Source: Acidimicrobiia bacterium
GTDB lineage: Bacteria; Actinomycetota; Acidimicrobiia; Spongiisociales; JAENVV01
Assembly: GCA_041586155.1 (NCBI GenBank)
Contig: JBFHAT010000010.1
Location: 15,283 to 79,282, forward strand
Direction: 5' to 3'
DNA length: 64,000 bases
The stretch's first letter is position 1, and every line of letters starts with the position of its first letter. Made by a program: the position numbers and the translations under genes. Shown piece by piece: positions 27,631 through 37,229 of the stretch. Below the pieces are notes generated by a model. The model was not told the DNA's origin and made no database searches. It saw only the letters and a list, made by a program, of their open reading frames with translations.

Positions 27631-28986
27631 CTACAACCCGGCGATGAGCTTCTCGACGCGCTCGTCGACGGCTTTGAAGGGATCCTTGCAGAGGACGGTG
27701 CGCTGCGCCTGGTCGTTGAGTTTGAGGTGCACCCAATCGACGGTGAAATCCCGTTTTCGTGCCTTGGCGGCCTTGATGAACTCGCCGCGGAGTCGGGCTC
27801 TGGTGGTCTGGGGAGGGACGATCATGGCGTTGGCGATGGCTCCATCGGTGACGACCCGATCGACGTATCCACGCCTGGCGAGGATGTAGTAGAGGCCTCG
27901 CTTCTGATTGACGTCGTGGTAGCTGAGGTCGAGCATCGCCAGACGGGGGTGCGAGAGGGGGAGGTCCCACTTTTCTCGGTAGCGGTGCAGTAGGTGGAAC
28001 TTGGTGACCCAGTCGACCTCTCGCTCGAGGGACAGCGGGTCCTTTTCGAGGCCGGTCAGGAGGTTCTCCCACATTTCGATCGCACGTTGCACTTCGTGTG
28101 GGAATCCGGGCGATCGGGCATATCGCATCGCCCGGTCCAGGTATTCCCATTGGATGTCGAGTGCGGACAGCTCCCGCCCGTTGGCGAGTCGAACCTTCCG
28201 CCGGCATGTCACGTCGTGGGCGATCTCGCGGATGGCGCGGATGGGGTTCTCGAGCGTGACGTCGCGGAAGACGACGTCGTCTTCGAGCATCTGGAGTAGC
28301 CCGGCGGTGGCGCCGACTTTCACGTAGTTGATGTATTCGGACATGTTGGAGTCGCCGGCGATCACGTGCAGCCGGCGGAACCGCTCCGCGTCGGCGTGCG
28401 GCTCGTCGCGAGTGTTGATGATGGGACGGCTGCGGGTGGTGGCAGATGACACGCCTTCCCAGATGTGCTCGGCTCGCTGCGCCATCGAGAACACCGTCCC
28501 TCGTGCGGTTTGCAGCAGCTTGCCCGCGCCCGACCAGATCTGGCGCGTGACGAGGAACGGGATGAGGGTGTCGACGACCCGTTGGAAGTCGCCGTGCCGG
28601 GCCACCAGGTAGTTCTCGTGACACCCGTACGAGTTGCCTGCCGAGTCGGTGTTGTTCTTGAAGAGATAGATCTCTCCGCGAATGCCCTCCTCGGCGAGCC
28701 GCTCCTCGGCCGATCCGACGAGGCTCTCGAGGACGCGTTCGCCGGCCTTGTCGTGGGCGACCAGCTCGTAGAGGGAATCGCATTCCGGAGTCGCGTACTC
28801 GGGGTGTGACCCGACGTCTAGGTATAGGCGTGCACCGTTCTCCAGGAACACGTTGGACGATCGGCCCCAGCTCACGACCCGCCGGAACAGGTAGCGGGCG
28901 ACTTCGTCGGGACTAAGGCGGCGCTGACCCCTCAACGTGCAGGTGACGCCGTACTCGTTTTCGATGCCGAAGATCCGTCGGTCCAC
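27631..28986 (-). CDS. pafA: Pup--protein ligase PafA
   Basis: (GTG)[37 protein letters not shown]..; 451 aa. TAGGCT lies 6 nt before the GTG start, which looks leaderless. Confidence 0.96.
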   Translation of the reverse strand: MDRRIFGIENEYGVTCTLRGQRRLSPDEVARYLFRRVVSWGRSSNVFLENGARLYLDVGSHPEYATPECDSLYELVAHDKAGERVLESLVGSAEERLAEEGIRGEIYLFKNNTDSAGNSYGCHENYLVARHGDFQRVVDTLIPFLVTRQIWSGAGKLLQTARGTVFSMAQRAEHIWEGVSSATTRSRPIINTRDEPHADAERFRRLHVIAGDSNMSEYINYVKVGATAGLLQMLEDDVVFRDVTLENPIRAIREIAHDVTCRRKVRLANGRELSALDIQWEYLDRAMRYARSPGFPHEVQRAIEMWENLLTGLEKDPLSLEREVDWVTKFHLLHRYREKWDLPLSHPRLAMLDLSYHDVNQKRGLYYILARRGYVDRVVTDGAIANAMIVPPQTTRARLRGEFIKAAKARKRDFTVDWVHLKLNDQAQRTVLCKDPFKAVDERVEKLIAGL

Positions 28987-29027
28987 GACGGCAGCCTACC
29001 GCCCGGCTCCCGTTGCGGGACAGATCA

Positions 29028-29705
29028 TCATTGCTCGCCGAGCGCGGCGGCGATCTCCTCGTCGGTCAGCCGGCGGAAGCTGCGGCGTTTACCGTTCCTC
29101 TCGAGCACGGCAGCTTCCCAGCCGGAGGCTTCAGGGCGATCGTCTGCGAAGGCGGATGCTCCTGCCCGGAGGGCGGCGTCGAGGCCGAGTCCGTCGTCCC
29201 ACGCTCCTTCGAGTCGTTCATTCATGTCATCGGCGTGGCCACCAATGGAGGTGAAGCGACGCTCGTCGTTGAGGGTGCCGTCGTAGAGGATCCGATAGAA
29301 GCGGTTGTCCTCCGGCTGCACGCCGAGTTCTGCCACCAGCAGCTCGACTTCGTACGGCTTGATTTCGTGGGTGAAGATGTTGCCGAGGGTCTGAGCAAAG
29401 GCGTTGGCGAGGGATTTGGCGAGCACGTCTCCCCGACCGTAGAGGTAGCCCTTCATGTCGGCATGCCGGATTCCCGCAACGCGGAGCAGCTCGAACTCGT
29501 TGAACCGTCCCACTCCGCAGAATGCGATCCGGTCGTACACCTCGGAGATCTTGTGGAGCGTGCGACTGGGATTCTCCGCCAGCATCAGCAGACCATCGGC
29601 GTATTCCATGGCCACGATCGACCGTCCGCGGGCGATGCCCTTGCGGGCGAATTCAGCTCGGTCCTTGACGAGCTGTTCGGGCGGCACATAGAACGGCATC
29701 GTCAT
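29028..29705 (-). CDS. prcA: proteasome subunit alpha
   Basis: MTMPFYVPPEQLVKDRAEFARKGIARGRS..; 225 aa; ATGA overlap with prcB. Confidence 0.95.
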   Translation of the reverse strand: MTMPFYVPPEQLVKDRAEFARKGIARGRSIVAMEYADGLLMLAENPSRTLHKISEVYDRIAFCGVGRFNEFELLRVAGIRHADMKGYLYGRGDVLAKSLANAFAQTLGNIFTHEIKPYEVELLVAELGVQPEDNRFYRILYDGTLNDERRFTSIGGHADDMNERLEGAWDDGLGLDAALRAGASAFADDRPEASGWEAAVLERNGKRRSFRRLTDEEIAAALGEQ

Positions 29706-30511
29706 CGGATGCGCTCCAGTGCCCGCTCGGCTGCGGCGCGAACTTCGACTTCACCCAACTCGACGAAACCTTCGCCGGTGACCGCGACCACGTTGGGGAG
29801 GATGCCCCGCCTCAGATCGGGCCCGCCGGTCGCAACGTCTTCCTCAGCCGCGGCGACGAGTGCGCCAAGGGTCAGGTCGAGGGCGGCCGCCCGGTCGAGG
29901 CCGGTTTCGTATCGGTTGCGGAGAAAGGCGAGCGCCTCGCCTGCGCCGGATCCGGTGGCGGCGAATTCCTGCTCTTCGTAGGTGCCCCCGACGACATCGA
30001 ACGTGAACAGGCGACCGGTGCTCGCCACTCGGTCGTATCCGGCGAACAGCGGTATCACCACTAGTCCTTGAAACGCCATAGGCAGCTGCTGGCGGACCAT
30101 GCGGGCGAGGAAGTTGGCTTTGCCGTCGAGGCTCAGTCGGGTGCCTTCCAGTTTCTCATAGTGCTCGAGCTCGGTCTGGAAGAGTCGCACCATCTCGAGG
30201 GCGAGCCCGGCGGTACCCGAAATCGCCACTGCCGAGTAGTCATCGGCCGCAAACACTTTCTGGACGCGCCGATGGGCTATGGAGTAGCCGCTGGTGGCCT
30301 GGCGGTCGCCGACCATGATGACGCCTTCGGCGAACTGTGCGGCCAGCACCGTGGTGGCTTCCGGCACCGAGACGAGTCGGCCGTCGACGTCGATCGGGGC
30401 CGGTTCGAAGCCGGCGGAGCGCAATAGCGAGGAAAAACCCTCGGGACGGCCTCCGATGCCGGAGGGAAGGAGGTGCGAGATCGTGGGAGGTGAAGGCCTC
30501 TCTGCCGTCAC
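29702..30511 (-). CDS. prcB: proteasome subunit beta (with propeptide)
   Basis: GTG 30511 overlaps the pup stop (GTGA). The propeptide ends ..VSVPEA, followed by the catalytic TTVLAAQF... The track ORF is over-extended to 30886. Confidence 0.93.
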   Translation of the reverse strand: MTAERPSPPTISHLLPSGIGGRPEGFSSLLRSAGFEPAPIDVDGRLVSVPEATTVLAAQFAEGVIMVGDRQATSGYSIAHRRVQKVFAADDYSAVAISGTAGLALEMVRLFQTELEHYEKLEGTRLSLDGKANFLARMVRQQLPMAFQGLVVIPLFAGYDRVASTGRLFTFDVVGGTYEEQEFAATGSGAGEALAFLRNRYETGLDRAAALDLTLGALVAAAEEDVATGGPDLRRGILPNVVAVTGEGFVELGEVEVRAAAERALERIR

Positions 30512-30693
30512 TCTCCACCTTTTTGCACGTAGTTCTTGACGAATTCCTCGGCGTTTTCTTCGAGCACCGAGTCGATCTCGTCGAGCAGCTCGTCGATGGC
30601 CTCGGTGGTTTGGGACGCGGTGACCTCCACCTCGTCCTGGTCGTACGGCTCGTTCTCGTGCCGCCGGGACCGACGCTGTTCTTGTTCTGCCAT
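30508..30693 (-). CDS. pup: prokaryotic ubiquitin-like protein Pup (C-terminal GGE)
   Basis: MAEQEQRRSRRHENEPYDQDEVEV..EEFVKNYVQKGGE; 61 aa, between dop and prcB. Confidence 0.95.
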   Translation of the reverse strand: MAEQEQRRSRRHENEPYDQDEVEVTASQTTEAIDELLDEIDSVLEENAEEFVKNYVQKGGE

Positions 30694-30696
30694 GTC

Positions 30697-32172
30697 TCAG
30701 CCACCTCCAAGCGCGGCGAGCAACTCTGCGGCATCGGCCGCTTCGTCGAGCAGCTTCTCGGTCAGTTCCCGAGTGCCGCGCCTCGGTTCCATCATAGGCA
30801 CCCGTTTCAACAACTCGTGTCCGGTGTCGAACACGAGCGAGTCCCAGTTGGCCGCCACCAGGCTCTCCGGATACTGCTGGACGCACCTACCCCGGAAGTA
30901 GGCCCGGGTGTCTGTGGGCGGCTGGAGCATGGCGTCGGCGACCTGGGAGTCGTCGAACAGCCGGCGGATCCTGCCAGCGCCGAGCAGCTTGTGGTACAGC
31001 GATCTCGCAGGGTCGACGTCGTGGTACTGCAGGTCGACTGCGGCGAGTTTGGCGTCCTCCCAGGCGGAACCGCGATCGACGAAGCCCCGCAGGAGCTGGT
31101 ATTTGGCGACCCAGTCCAGGCGGTCGGCGGCCAGCATCGGGTCGCGTTGAAGGTCGGTGAGGAGGTCGGACCATTCGGCCAAAACCTGATCGGTCACCGC
31201 GTCATCACGCGACTTCTCGGCGTACTTGGTCAACCACTCCAGATATTGGAATTGAAGTTCGAGGGCGGTGGCTGTGCCGCCGTCGGCGAGCGGCAGCGGC
31301 ATGCGGAGATCCACGTCGTGACTCACTTGCCAGCACGCAGCGACCGGATCGGCGAGGCGAAGCGGATCGGGTAGCGCCCCGTCTTCGAGGGCCGACAGAA
31401 AGAGCTCACCGATGCCCAGCTTGAGGAACGTCTGCACTTCCGACAGGTTGGCGTCGGCGATGATCACATGCAGCCGGCGGTACTGCTCGGGGTCTGCGTG
31501 GGGCTCGTCCCGGGTGTTGATGATGGGCCGCTTCAGCGTGGTTTCGAGTCCAACCTCTTCTTCGAAGAAGTCGGCGCGTTGGGTGATCTGGTAAGGCACG
31601 GCCGGCCGATCGTTCTCGCTTCCAACCTTGCCGGACCCGGTGATGATCTGGCGGGTGACGAGCATTGTGGTCATGAAGTGGATGATGTCGCCGAACGGGA
31701 TCGCCCGCGAGATGAGGTAATTCTCGTGCGCACCGTACGAGTTGCCTTTGCCGTCCGAGTTGTTCTTGTAGATCCCGACCACTTCGCCGGCCGCGACCAT
31801 CTGTTGGGCGGAGGCGGCGGCGGCCGCCATCACGGCTTCGCCGACCTTGTCGTAGAGGGCAGCCGTACGCGGATCGGCCGCCTCCGGAGCCGAGTACTCC
31901 GGGTGGGCATGGTCGACGTACAGTCGCGCCCCATTGGACAACACCATGTTGACCACACCCGATTCGTAGTCTCCGGCGGCGCCGGACTCGAATCCGAAGC
32001 CTCTGGCGTCGCGCCCTGGCGATTCCTCCTCGAACGACCACTGCACCCTGGCTCTTGCACCTTCGTAGGCGTTGATGACGAAACCGGAAGCCAGCGACGG
32101 GTTGAAGTCGGCTCGGTTGCGGATCGAGATCCCAAACTCGGTTTCGGTCCCGATGACCTTCGGGAGCGCCAT
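30697..32172 (-). CDS. dop: depupylase/deamidase Dop
   Basis: MALPKVIGTETEFGIS..; PafA paralogue, 491 aa, immediately upstream of pup. Confidence 0.95.
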   Translation of the reverse strand: MALPKVIGTETEFGISIRNRADFNPSLASGFVINAYEGARARVQWSFEEESPGRDARGFGFESGAAGDYESGVVNMVLSNGARLYVDHAHPEYSAPEAADPRTAALYDKVGEAVMAAAAASAQQMVAAGEVVGIYKNNSDGKGNSYGAHENYLISRAIPFGDIIHFMTTMLVTRQIITGSGKVGSENDRPAVPYQITQRADFFEEEVGLETTLKRPIINTRDEPHADPEQYRRLHVIIADANLSEVQTFLKLGIGELFLSALEDGALPDPLRLADPVAACWQVSHDVDLRMPLPLADGGTATALELQFQYLEWLTKYAEKSRDDAVTDQVLAEWSDLLTDLQRDPMLAADRLDWVAKYQLLRGFVDRGSAWEDAKLAAVDLQYHDVDPARSLYHKLLGAGRIRRLFDDSQVADAMLQPPTDTRAYFRGRCVQQYPESLVAANWDSLVFDTGHELLKRVPMMEPRRGTRELTEKLLDEAADAAELLAALGGG

Positions 32173-32175
32173 CGG

Positions 32176-33879
32176 CTAGAGGTACTGGCCGGTGGTCATG
32201 GCTTCGATGGCGCGACTTTCGGTGTCACCGTCGATCAGCGTACGCACGTACACGATCCGCTCCCCCTTCTTGCCCGAGATCTTTGCCCAGTCATCTGGGT
32301 TGGTGGTGTTGGGCAGATCCTCGTGCTCTTTGAATTCTTGTGTGATGGCGTTTATGAGGTCGGACTTGCGGATCCCACCTTCGCCGCTGGTGATCTGGCG
32401 CTTGATGGCGTCCTTCTTGGCGCGCCGCACGACGTTCTCGATCATCGCGCCGCTGGAGAAGTCCTTGAAGTACAGGACCTCGCGATCCCCGTTGGCGTAT
32501 GTCACTTCGAGGAATCGGTTCGTATCGTCGGTTGAGTACATGCGTGCCACGGTCTCGTCGATGAGGCGACCAATGTGGGCGGATGGATCGTCGCCGAACT
32601 CGGCGTAGGGCAGCTCCTCGGTGAGGTAGATGCCGAATATGTCACGGGCGGCTTCTTCATCGGGCCGGCTGATCTTGATCTTGACGTCGAGGCGGCCGGG
32701 CCGGAGGATCGCCGGGTCGATCAGGTCCTCGCGGTTGGACGCACCGATCACGATCACGTTCTTCAGCCCCTCGACGCCGTCGAGCTCGGACAGGAGCTGG
32801 GGGACGATCGTGGACTCGACATCGGACGAGACACCTGTGCCCCGGGTCCGGAACAGTGAGTCCATCTCGTCGAAGAACACGATGACGGGCACACCTTCCT
32901 CGGCCTTGTCCTTGGCTCGTTGGAAGATGAGCCGGATCTGGCGCTCGGTTTCGCCGACGTACTTGTTGAGCAGCTCTGGCCCTTTGATGTTCAGGAAGTA
33001 CGAGCGGGCGTCGCTCCTTCCGGAGCGTTCGGCGACTGCCGTCGCCAGGCTGTTGGCCACGGCCTTGGCGATGAGCGTCTTGCCGCAGCCGGGTGGGCCG
33101 TACAACAAGATCCCCTTCGGGGCCTCGAGCCGGTACTCGTCGAAGAGCTGTTTGTGCACGTACGGCAGTTCGACTGCGTCCCGGATGGATTCGATCTGGG
33201 CGGCCAGACCGCCCACCTTCGTGTAGTCGACGTCTGGAACTTCCTCCAACACGAGATCCTCGACTTCGGGACGTGCCAGCTTTTCGAAGATCAACCCGGT
33301 CCGGGAGTCCAGTCGTACGTGATCGCCCGGTCGGAGTACCACATCGACCATTGGCTCCGCACGGTCAACGACCCGCTCATCGTCGGCGTGGACCATCACC
33401 AACAGCCGCCCGTCGGCCAGGGCCTCCTTGACGGCAACCACGTCCCCGATGTGATCGAACGTGCGGATGTCGACGATGTTGTACGCCTCGTTGAGCAGGA
33501 CCTCCTGTCCGATCTGTAGCTGCTTCACCTCGATGGACGGCTGGGCCATCACTCGCAGTTTGCGTCCGGCGGTGCTGATGTCGACCGACCCATCTTCGTT
33601 CACGTCGAGGACAACACCGAACGAGTTGGGTGGGGCCGACAGCTTCTCGACCTCCTGGCGGAGCACGGCGAGCTGTTCACGCGCCTCCTCGAGCACGGTG
33701 GCGAGCTTCTCGTTCTGTTGCGACGCCTGCAACAGCTTGCCCTTCGTTTCCACGAGCTGCTCTTCGAGGATACGGATGCGACGGGGCCCGTCCTGCAGAC
33801 GAGAACGCAATGTCGTGAGCTCGCCCTGGAGCTGACGGACTGTCTCCTGCAGCGCCTCGATGTTGGGTTGCTGGCTCAT
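32176..33879 (-). CDS. arc: proteasome-associated AAA ATPase ARC/Mpa
   Basis: N-terminal coiled coil, Walker [10 protein letters not shown]-terminal ..TTGQYL docking motif. Start trimmed to ATG 33879 (GAGGAG upstream). Confidence 0.96.
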   Translation of the reverse strand: MSQQPNIEALQETVRQLQGELTTLRSRLQDGPRRIRILEEQLVETKGKLLQASQQNEKLATVLEEAREQLAVLRQEVEKLSAPPNSFGVVLDVNEDGSVDISTAGRKLRVMAQPSIEVKQLQIGQEVLLNEAYNIVDIRTFDHIGDVVAVKEALADGRLLVMVHADDERVVDRAEPMVDVVLRPGDHVRLDSRTGLIFEKLARPEVEDLVLEEVPDVDYTKVGGLAAQIESIRDAVELPYVHKQLFDEYRLEAPKGILLYGPPGCGKTLIAKAVANSLATAVAERSGRSDARSYFLNIKGPELLNKYVGETERQIRLIFQRAKDKAEEGVPVIVFFDEMDSLFRTRGTGVSSDVESTIVPQLLSELDGVEGLKNVIVIGASNREDLIDPAILRPGRLDVKIKISRPDEEAARDIFGIYLTEELPYAEFGDDPSAHIGRLIDETVARMYSTDDTNRFLEVTYANGDREVLYFKDFSSGAMIENVVRRAKKDAIKRQITSGEGGIRKSDLINAITQEFKEHEDLPNTTNPDDWAKISGKKGERIVYVRTLIDGDTESRAIEAMTTGQYL

Positions 33880-33978
33880 CTTCCCTACTCCTCGTGGAGA
33901 GGCCGAGTATACGGAAGCGGCGAAGTTGCGCCCATCCTTTCCTCGCGCCCTCCCGTGGCCGCCGTACACTACGACGTC

Positions 33979-34068
33979 ATGCGGAATCGGAGGACCTTAC
34001 AGATCATCATCTGGGTGCTGGTCATCGCCATGGTCCTGACGCTGATGGCAGCGCTCCTGGCCAATTGA
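33979..34068 (+). CDS. candidate 29-aa membrane micro-protein, first cistron upstream of trmI
   Basis: [35 protein letters not shown] (33965-33970) lies 8 nt before the ATG, which looks leaderless. The TGA stop overlaps the candidate TTG start (34065) and ends 2 nt before the candidate GTG start (34071) of trmI. Too short for the ORF track. Confidence 0.35.
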   Translation: MRNRRTLQIIIWVLVIAMVLTLMAALLAN

Positions 34069-34070
34069 GC

Positions 34071-34895
34071 GTGACGAGGGACCTGGCCGCCGGCGACCTT
34101 TGTCTCGTCATCGACTCGAAGGGCCGCCGGTATCTGCTCACCCTGGCCGAGGACGGCGACTTTTCGACCCATCACGGGGTGATTCCCCACACCGAAATGA
34201 TCGGATGCCCCGAAGGCACCCGATTGGAGACGCCGTCCGGGGGGAAGTTCACGATCCTCCGGCCTCGGCTCACCGACTACATCTTGAAGATGAAACGGGG
34301 GGCGCAGGTGGTGTATCCGAAGGACCTGGGCCCGATCCTGGTCTACGGGGACATCGCTCCGGGTGACACCGTCGTCGAAGCGGGCACGGGAAGCGGCGCA
34401 CTGACCATGGCCGTGACCCGCCTGGTGGGACCCACCGGCCGCGTGGTTTCGGTCGAGCGTCGACCCGACCACGCTGCGCACGCTCGAAAGACGCTGCGCA
34501 AGTGGTTTGGCGAGCTGCCCGGCTGGCTCGAGTTGCGAGACGGGTCGGTCGAAGACGTCATCGCCGAAGTCCGGCCAGACCGAATCGTGCTCGACCTGCC
34601 CGAGCCGTGGCACGCGGCGGCGATCGCAGCCGAGCACCTCCAACCCGGCGGGGTCTTCGTCGCCTATGTGCCGACGGTTCCGCAGATGCAGCAGACCGTG
34701 GAGGCCATGCGCGCCTCTCGATCGTTCATCGATCTGAGCGGATTCGAGGTGCTGTTGCGCACATGGAACGTCGAGGGCCGCTCGATCCGTCCGGACCATC
34801 AGATGGTGGGCCACACCGGCTTCGTCGTGGTGGGCCGCAGGGCCATGCCGGTGGGGAGACACCCCCCAACACCAGGTATGATGGCGCCCGAGTAG
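34071..34895 (+). CDS. trmI: tRNA (adenine58-N1)-methyltransferase TrmI
   Basis: ..LCLVIDSKGRRYLLTL..FSTHHGVI..RGAQVVYPKD..VVEAGTGSGALTMAV.. aligns with my memory of Rv2118c. Start is GTG 34071 or TTG 34065. The track ORF is over-extended to 33894. Confidence 0.9.
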   Translation: MTRDLAAGDLCLVIDSKGRRYLLTLAEDGDFSTHHGVIPHTEMIGCPEGTRLETPSGGKFTILRPRLTDYILKMKRGAQVVYPKDLGPILVYGDIAPGDTVVEAGTGSGALTMAVTRLVGPTGRVVSVERRPDHAAHARKTLRKWFGELPGWLELRDGSVEDVIAEVRPDRIVLDLPEPWHAAAIAAEHLQPGGVFVAYVPTVPQMQQTVEAMRASRSFIDLSGFEVLLRTWNVEGRSIRPDHQMVGHTGFVVVGRRAMPVGRHPPTPGMMAPE

Positions 34896-34914
34896 GCAAC
34901 AGGAGAACCCCGAC

Positions 34915-35160
34915 ATGAAGGTGTGGATCGATCAGGATCTCTGCACGGGCGACGGCTTGTGCGAAGAGATCGCTCCCGACGTGTTCGTCCTGCTCGACGA
35001 TGGTCTCGCCTATGTGCGCGAGGGCGCGACCATCTACGCCGAAGCCGAGGGACACCCCCAGGGCTCGCAGGGCATCGCCGCCGTCCCGGCCGGCCAGGAG
35101 GACATCACGATCGAATCGGCCGAGGAGTGCCCCGGAGAGTGCATCTTCATCGAGCCGTGA
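34915..35160 (+). CDS. single-cluster ferredoxin
   Basis: MKVWIDQDLCTGDGLCEEIAPDVF.....CPGECIFIEP (CxxxGxC...CP pattern); 81 aa. Confidence 0.85.
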   Translation: MKVWIDQDLCTGDGLCEEIAPDVFVLLDDGLAYVREGATIYAEAEGHPQGSQGIAAVPAGQEDITIESAEECPGECIFIEP

Positions 35161-35173
35161 GGGGCAGGTCGCC

Positions 35174-35359
35174 ATGATGAGCTTCGGTTTTGCCCGGCTG
35201 ATGAAGGGCTTCCGCACCAGCGACCCCGCGCTCATCGCCCTCGGCGGCTTGGTCGTACTGATCGCCTGGCTCCGCCGCCCGCCATCGCGCACGTTGCTCT
35301 ACTCCGAGCGCATGGACATCGACGAGAAGGTCGTGGTGGAGATGAAACGCCGTTCCTGA
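35174..35359 (+). CDS. hypothetical small membrane protein
   Basis: MMSFGFARLMKGFRTSDPALIALGGLVVLIAWLRRP..; 61 aa, one TM helix, starts 13 nt after the ferredoxin stop. Confidence 0.35.
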   Translation: MMSFGFARLMKGFRTSDPALIALGGLVVLIAWLRRPPSRTLLYSERMDIDEKVVVEMKRRS

Positions 35360-35383
35360 TCCGCTGCCCGACAGGCGGCGGCG

Positions 35384-35578
35384 CTATTTGACCCGGTAGA
35401 CCTCGACCAGCGCTCCCCCGGCCTTGCCTTTGCGACGGCCCAACAGAAACGCCACCAGCGCAAGCAACACGACCCCGACCGCGATCCATGTCATCGAGGT
35501 TTTGGCGGTCTCCTGCGTGGCTTTGACCGCATCTTCGATCTGGCGTGCTTTCTCTTCTACGTCGGCTCGTTTGACCAT
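35384..35578 (-). CDS. hypothetical tail-anchored membrane protein
   Basis: MVKRADVEEKARQIEDAVKATQETAKTSMTWIAVGVVLLALVAFLLGRRKGK... The ATG overlaps the upstream stop (TGATG). Confidence 0.55.
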   Translation of the reverse strand: MVKRADVEEKARQIEDAVKATQETAKTSMTWIAVGVVLLALVAFLLGRRKGKAGGALVEVYRVK

Positions 35579-35871
35579 CAGCGTTTGATCCCTCGCGCGA
35601 GCAGCCCGGCGATCAAGGCCAGCAGCAGGAACGAGACCGCATAGCCCAGCGCGCTCCAAAGGCTGGTATCGGGGAACAGGTCGACCAGCACCCGCATGCC
35701 GGCGACGCTCAGTAGCACCGCCCCGATGGCAAAGAGCACCGCAGCCAGGGCTCCGAACGCCAATGTCCTGCCCACTCTCTTCGCCGGCTGCACCGCCTCT
35801 TCCTGCAGGTAGGCCTTGGAGATGTCGACCAGCTCGGACACCATCTGAGGCAGTTCTTGGACGTTGCTCAT
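35578..35871 (-). CDS. Holin-X-like (Phage_holin_3_6-type) two-TM membrane protein
   Basis: MSNVQELPQMVSELVDISKAYLQEEAVQPAKRVGRTLAFGALAAVLFAIGAVLL..LWSALGYAVSFLLLALIAGLLA... TAGCCT lies 7 nt before the ATG. Family assignment is from memory of the typical layout. Confidence 0.6.
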   Translation of the reverse strand: MSNVQELPQMVSELVDISKAYLQEEAVQPAKRVGRTLAFGALAAVLFAIGAVLLSVAGMRVLVDLFPDTSLWSALGYAVSFLLLALIAGLLARGIKR

Positions 35872-35942
35872 GGGCGGGAGGCTACCACTGCGCGTCCGGG
35901 GCGACGCCGGGGGATCGACCGGCTTGGGTAGTCTGCAGGCCA

Positions 35943-37220
35943 ATGCTCGGAGATCCAGGCCGGGGCACGCAGGGGATCGAGCCGCGCTCTCCCGTGGGAT
36001 GGCGGTTCAATCTCTTTTGGTCGGGACAGGCTGTCTCCCAGATCGGTGATTACCTCGCCCTATTCGCCATCCCTGCCTTTGTGGCGACGGAAATCACCAC
36101 CGACGACCGGTTCTTGGGGTGGGTGTTCGCAGCAGAGAGTGCTCCCGCACTGCTGGTCGGTTTGGTCGGCGGCGTCATGCTCGATCGTCTGCGCTTGCGC
36201 TGGATCATCGTGGCGACCGATCTGGCGCGGGCTGCGACATTCGTGGTGTTGGGATTGATCGCCGGAGGCACGATCACGGCCGGCCCATGGCTGATCGTCG
36301 TGCTGTCCCTGCTACTGGGGACCATGGCGTCGACGTTCGCCAGCGCCCTCATCGCCATCGTGCCCGGCCTCGTGTCCGGGCGGAACCTGACGGCGGCCAA
36401 CGCCCGGCTGAGCATGAGCCAGCAGTTCGCTTGGGTGCTCGGCGTATCCATCGCCGGCATCGTCATCGCCACGTCGGGGTTCCGCACCGCGTTCTTCGTC
36501 AACGCGCTGACGTTCGCCGCTTCTGCCGCTGTCACGGTGCTGATCGGACCTCATGAGCGAACACGGTTGAGCAGCAGCGAGTCGGTCGTCCAGCAGGCGA
36601 TCGACGGTGTTCGGTTCGTCTTGTCGGATTCGCGCCTTCGCTGGGCGGCGACGGCCGCCGCCGCGTCCAATTTCGTGATTGCGTTCATGGAGTCGGTGAT
36701 GATCCTCATCGGCCTCGAGGTGTTCGGTTTCGAAGGCGCCCAACAGCTGTCGACTCTCTACATCGCAATGGGAGTCGGAGGGCTGATCGGTGCCTCGATG
36801 TCGACCCGGCTCATCGGCGATTGGGGCCTCGGCAAGGCGATGGCCTTCGGATTGTGCATCTACGGATTCGGTTTCGCGGTGTTGACCTACCTCTCGGCCC
36901 CGATCCTCGTCTACCTGGTGCTGGTGGCGGGGTTTGCCGGGGTACCGATCGCCAATGTCGCCAGCTACTCGCTCCGTCAGCTGGCGAGCCCGCCCGAAAT
37001 GCTTGGTCGGGCAACGGCCGCAATGCAAGCGATGGCATGGAGTGCGTATCCGATCGGCGCGGTGGTGTGGACCTGGGTGTCGTCTCGCGTGGGGATCGAA
37101 CCGGTTGCCCGGCTCGCTCCGATTCTGATCATCGGCATCGGCGCGGCCCTCCCATTCACGGCGGTGTGGTCGACGATGACCGACTCGACGACCCAGCCGG
37201 CCTCGGCGCTCCGCTCGTAG
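35943..37220 (+). CDS. MFS transporter (EntS/MFS_3-like)
   Basis: About 12 TM helices; ..FNLFWSGQAVSQIGDYLALFAIP... TAGTCT lies 8 nt before ATG 35943. The track ORF is over-extended to 35763. Confidence 0.85.
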   Translation: MLGDPGRGTQGIEPRSPVGWRFNLFWSGQAVSQIGDYLALFAIPAFVATEITTDDRFLGWVFAAESAPALLVGLVGGVMLDRLRLRWIIVATDLARAATFVVLGLIAGGTITAGPWLIVVLSLLLGTMASTFASALIAIVPGLVSGRNLTAANARLSMSQQFAWVLGVSIAGIVIATSGFRTAFFVNALTFAASAAVTVLIGPHERTRLSSSESVVQQAIDGVRFVLSDSRLRWAATAAAASNFVIAFMESVMILIGLEVFGFEGAQQLSTLYIAMGVGGLIGASMSTRLIGDWGLGKAMAFGLCIYGFGFAVLTYLSAPILVYLVLVAGFAGVPIANVASYSLRQLASPPEMLGRATAAMQAMAWSAYPIGAVVWTWVSSRVGIEPVARLAPILIIGIGAALPFTAVWSTMTDSTTQPASALRS

Positions 37221-37229
37221 ACTCGGCAC

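Noticed and set aside
28987-29027. TGTCCCGC upstream of pafA as a PafBC box
   Set aside because: It lies 16 nt, not 8, from the TAGGCT -10 and matches the consensus poorly. Only the leaderless -10 geometry is retained.
29013-29981. 322-aa plus-strand ORF across prcA/prcB; similar shadow ORFs occur at 30337-31374 and 31468-32535
   Set aside because: They lie opposite the unmistakable proteasome and dop genes. Their composition is low-complexity.
35384-35871. Holin gene as part of a prophage lysis cassette
   Set aside because: No endolysin, terminase, capsid or integrase genes are nearby. The flanking genes are ferredoxin, trmI and an MFS transporter.
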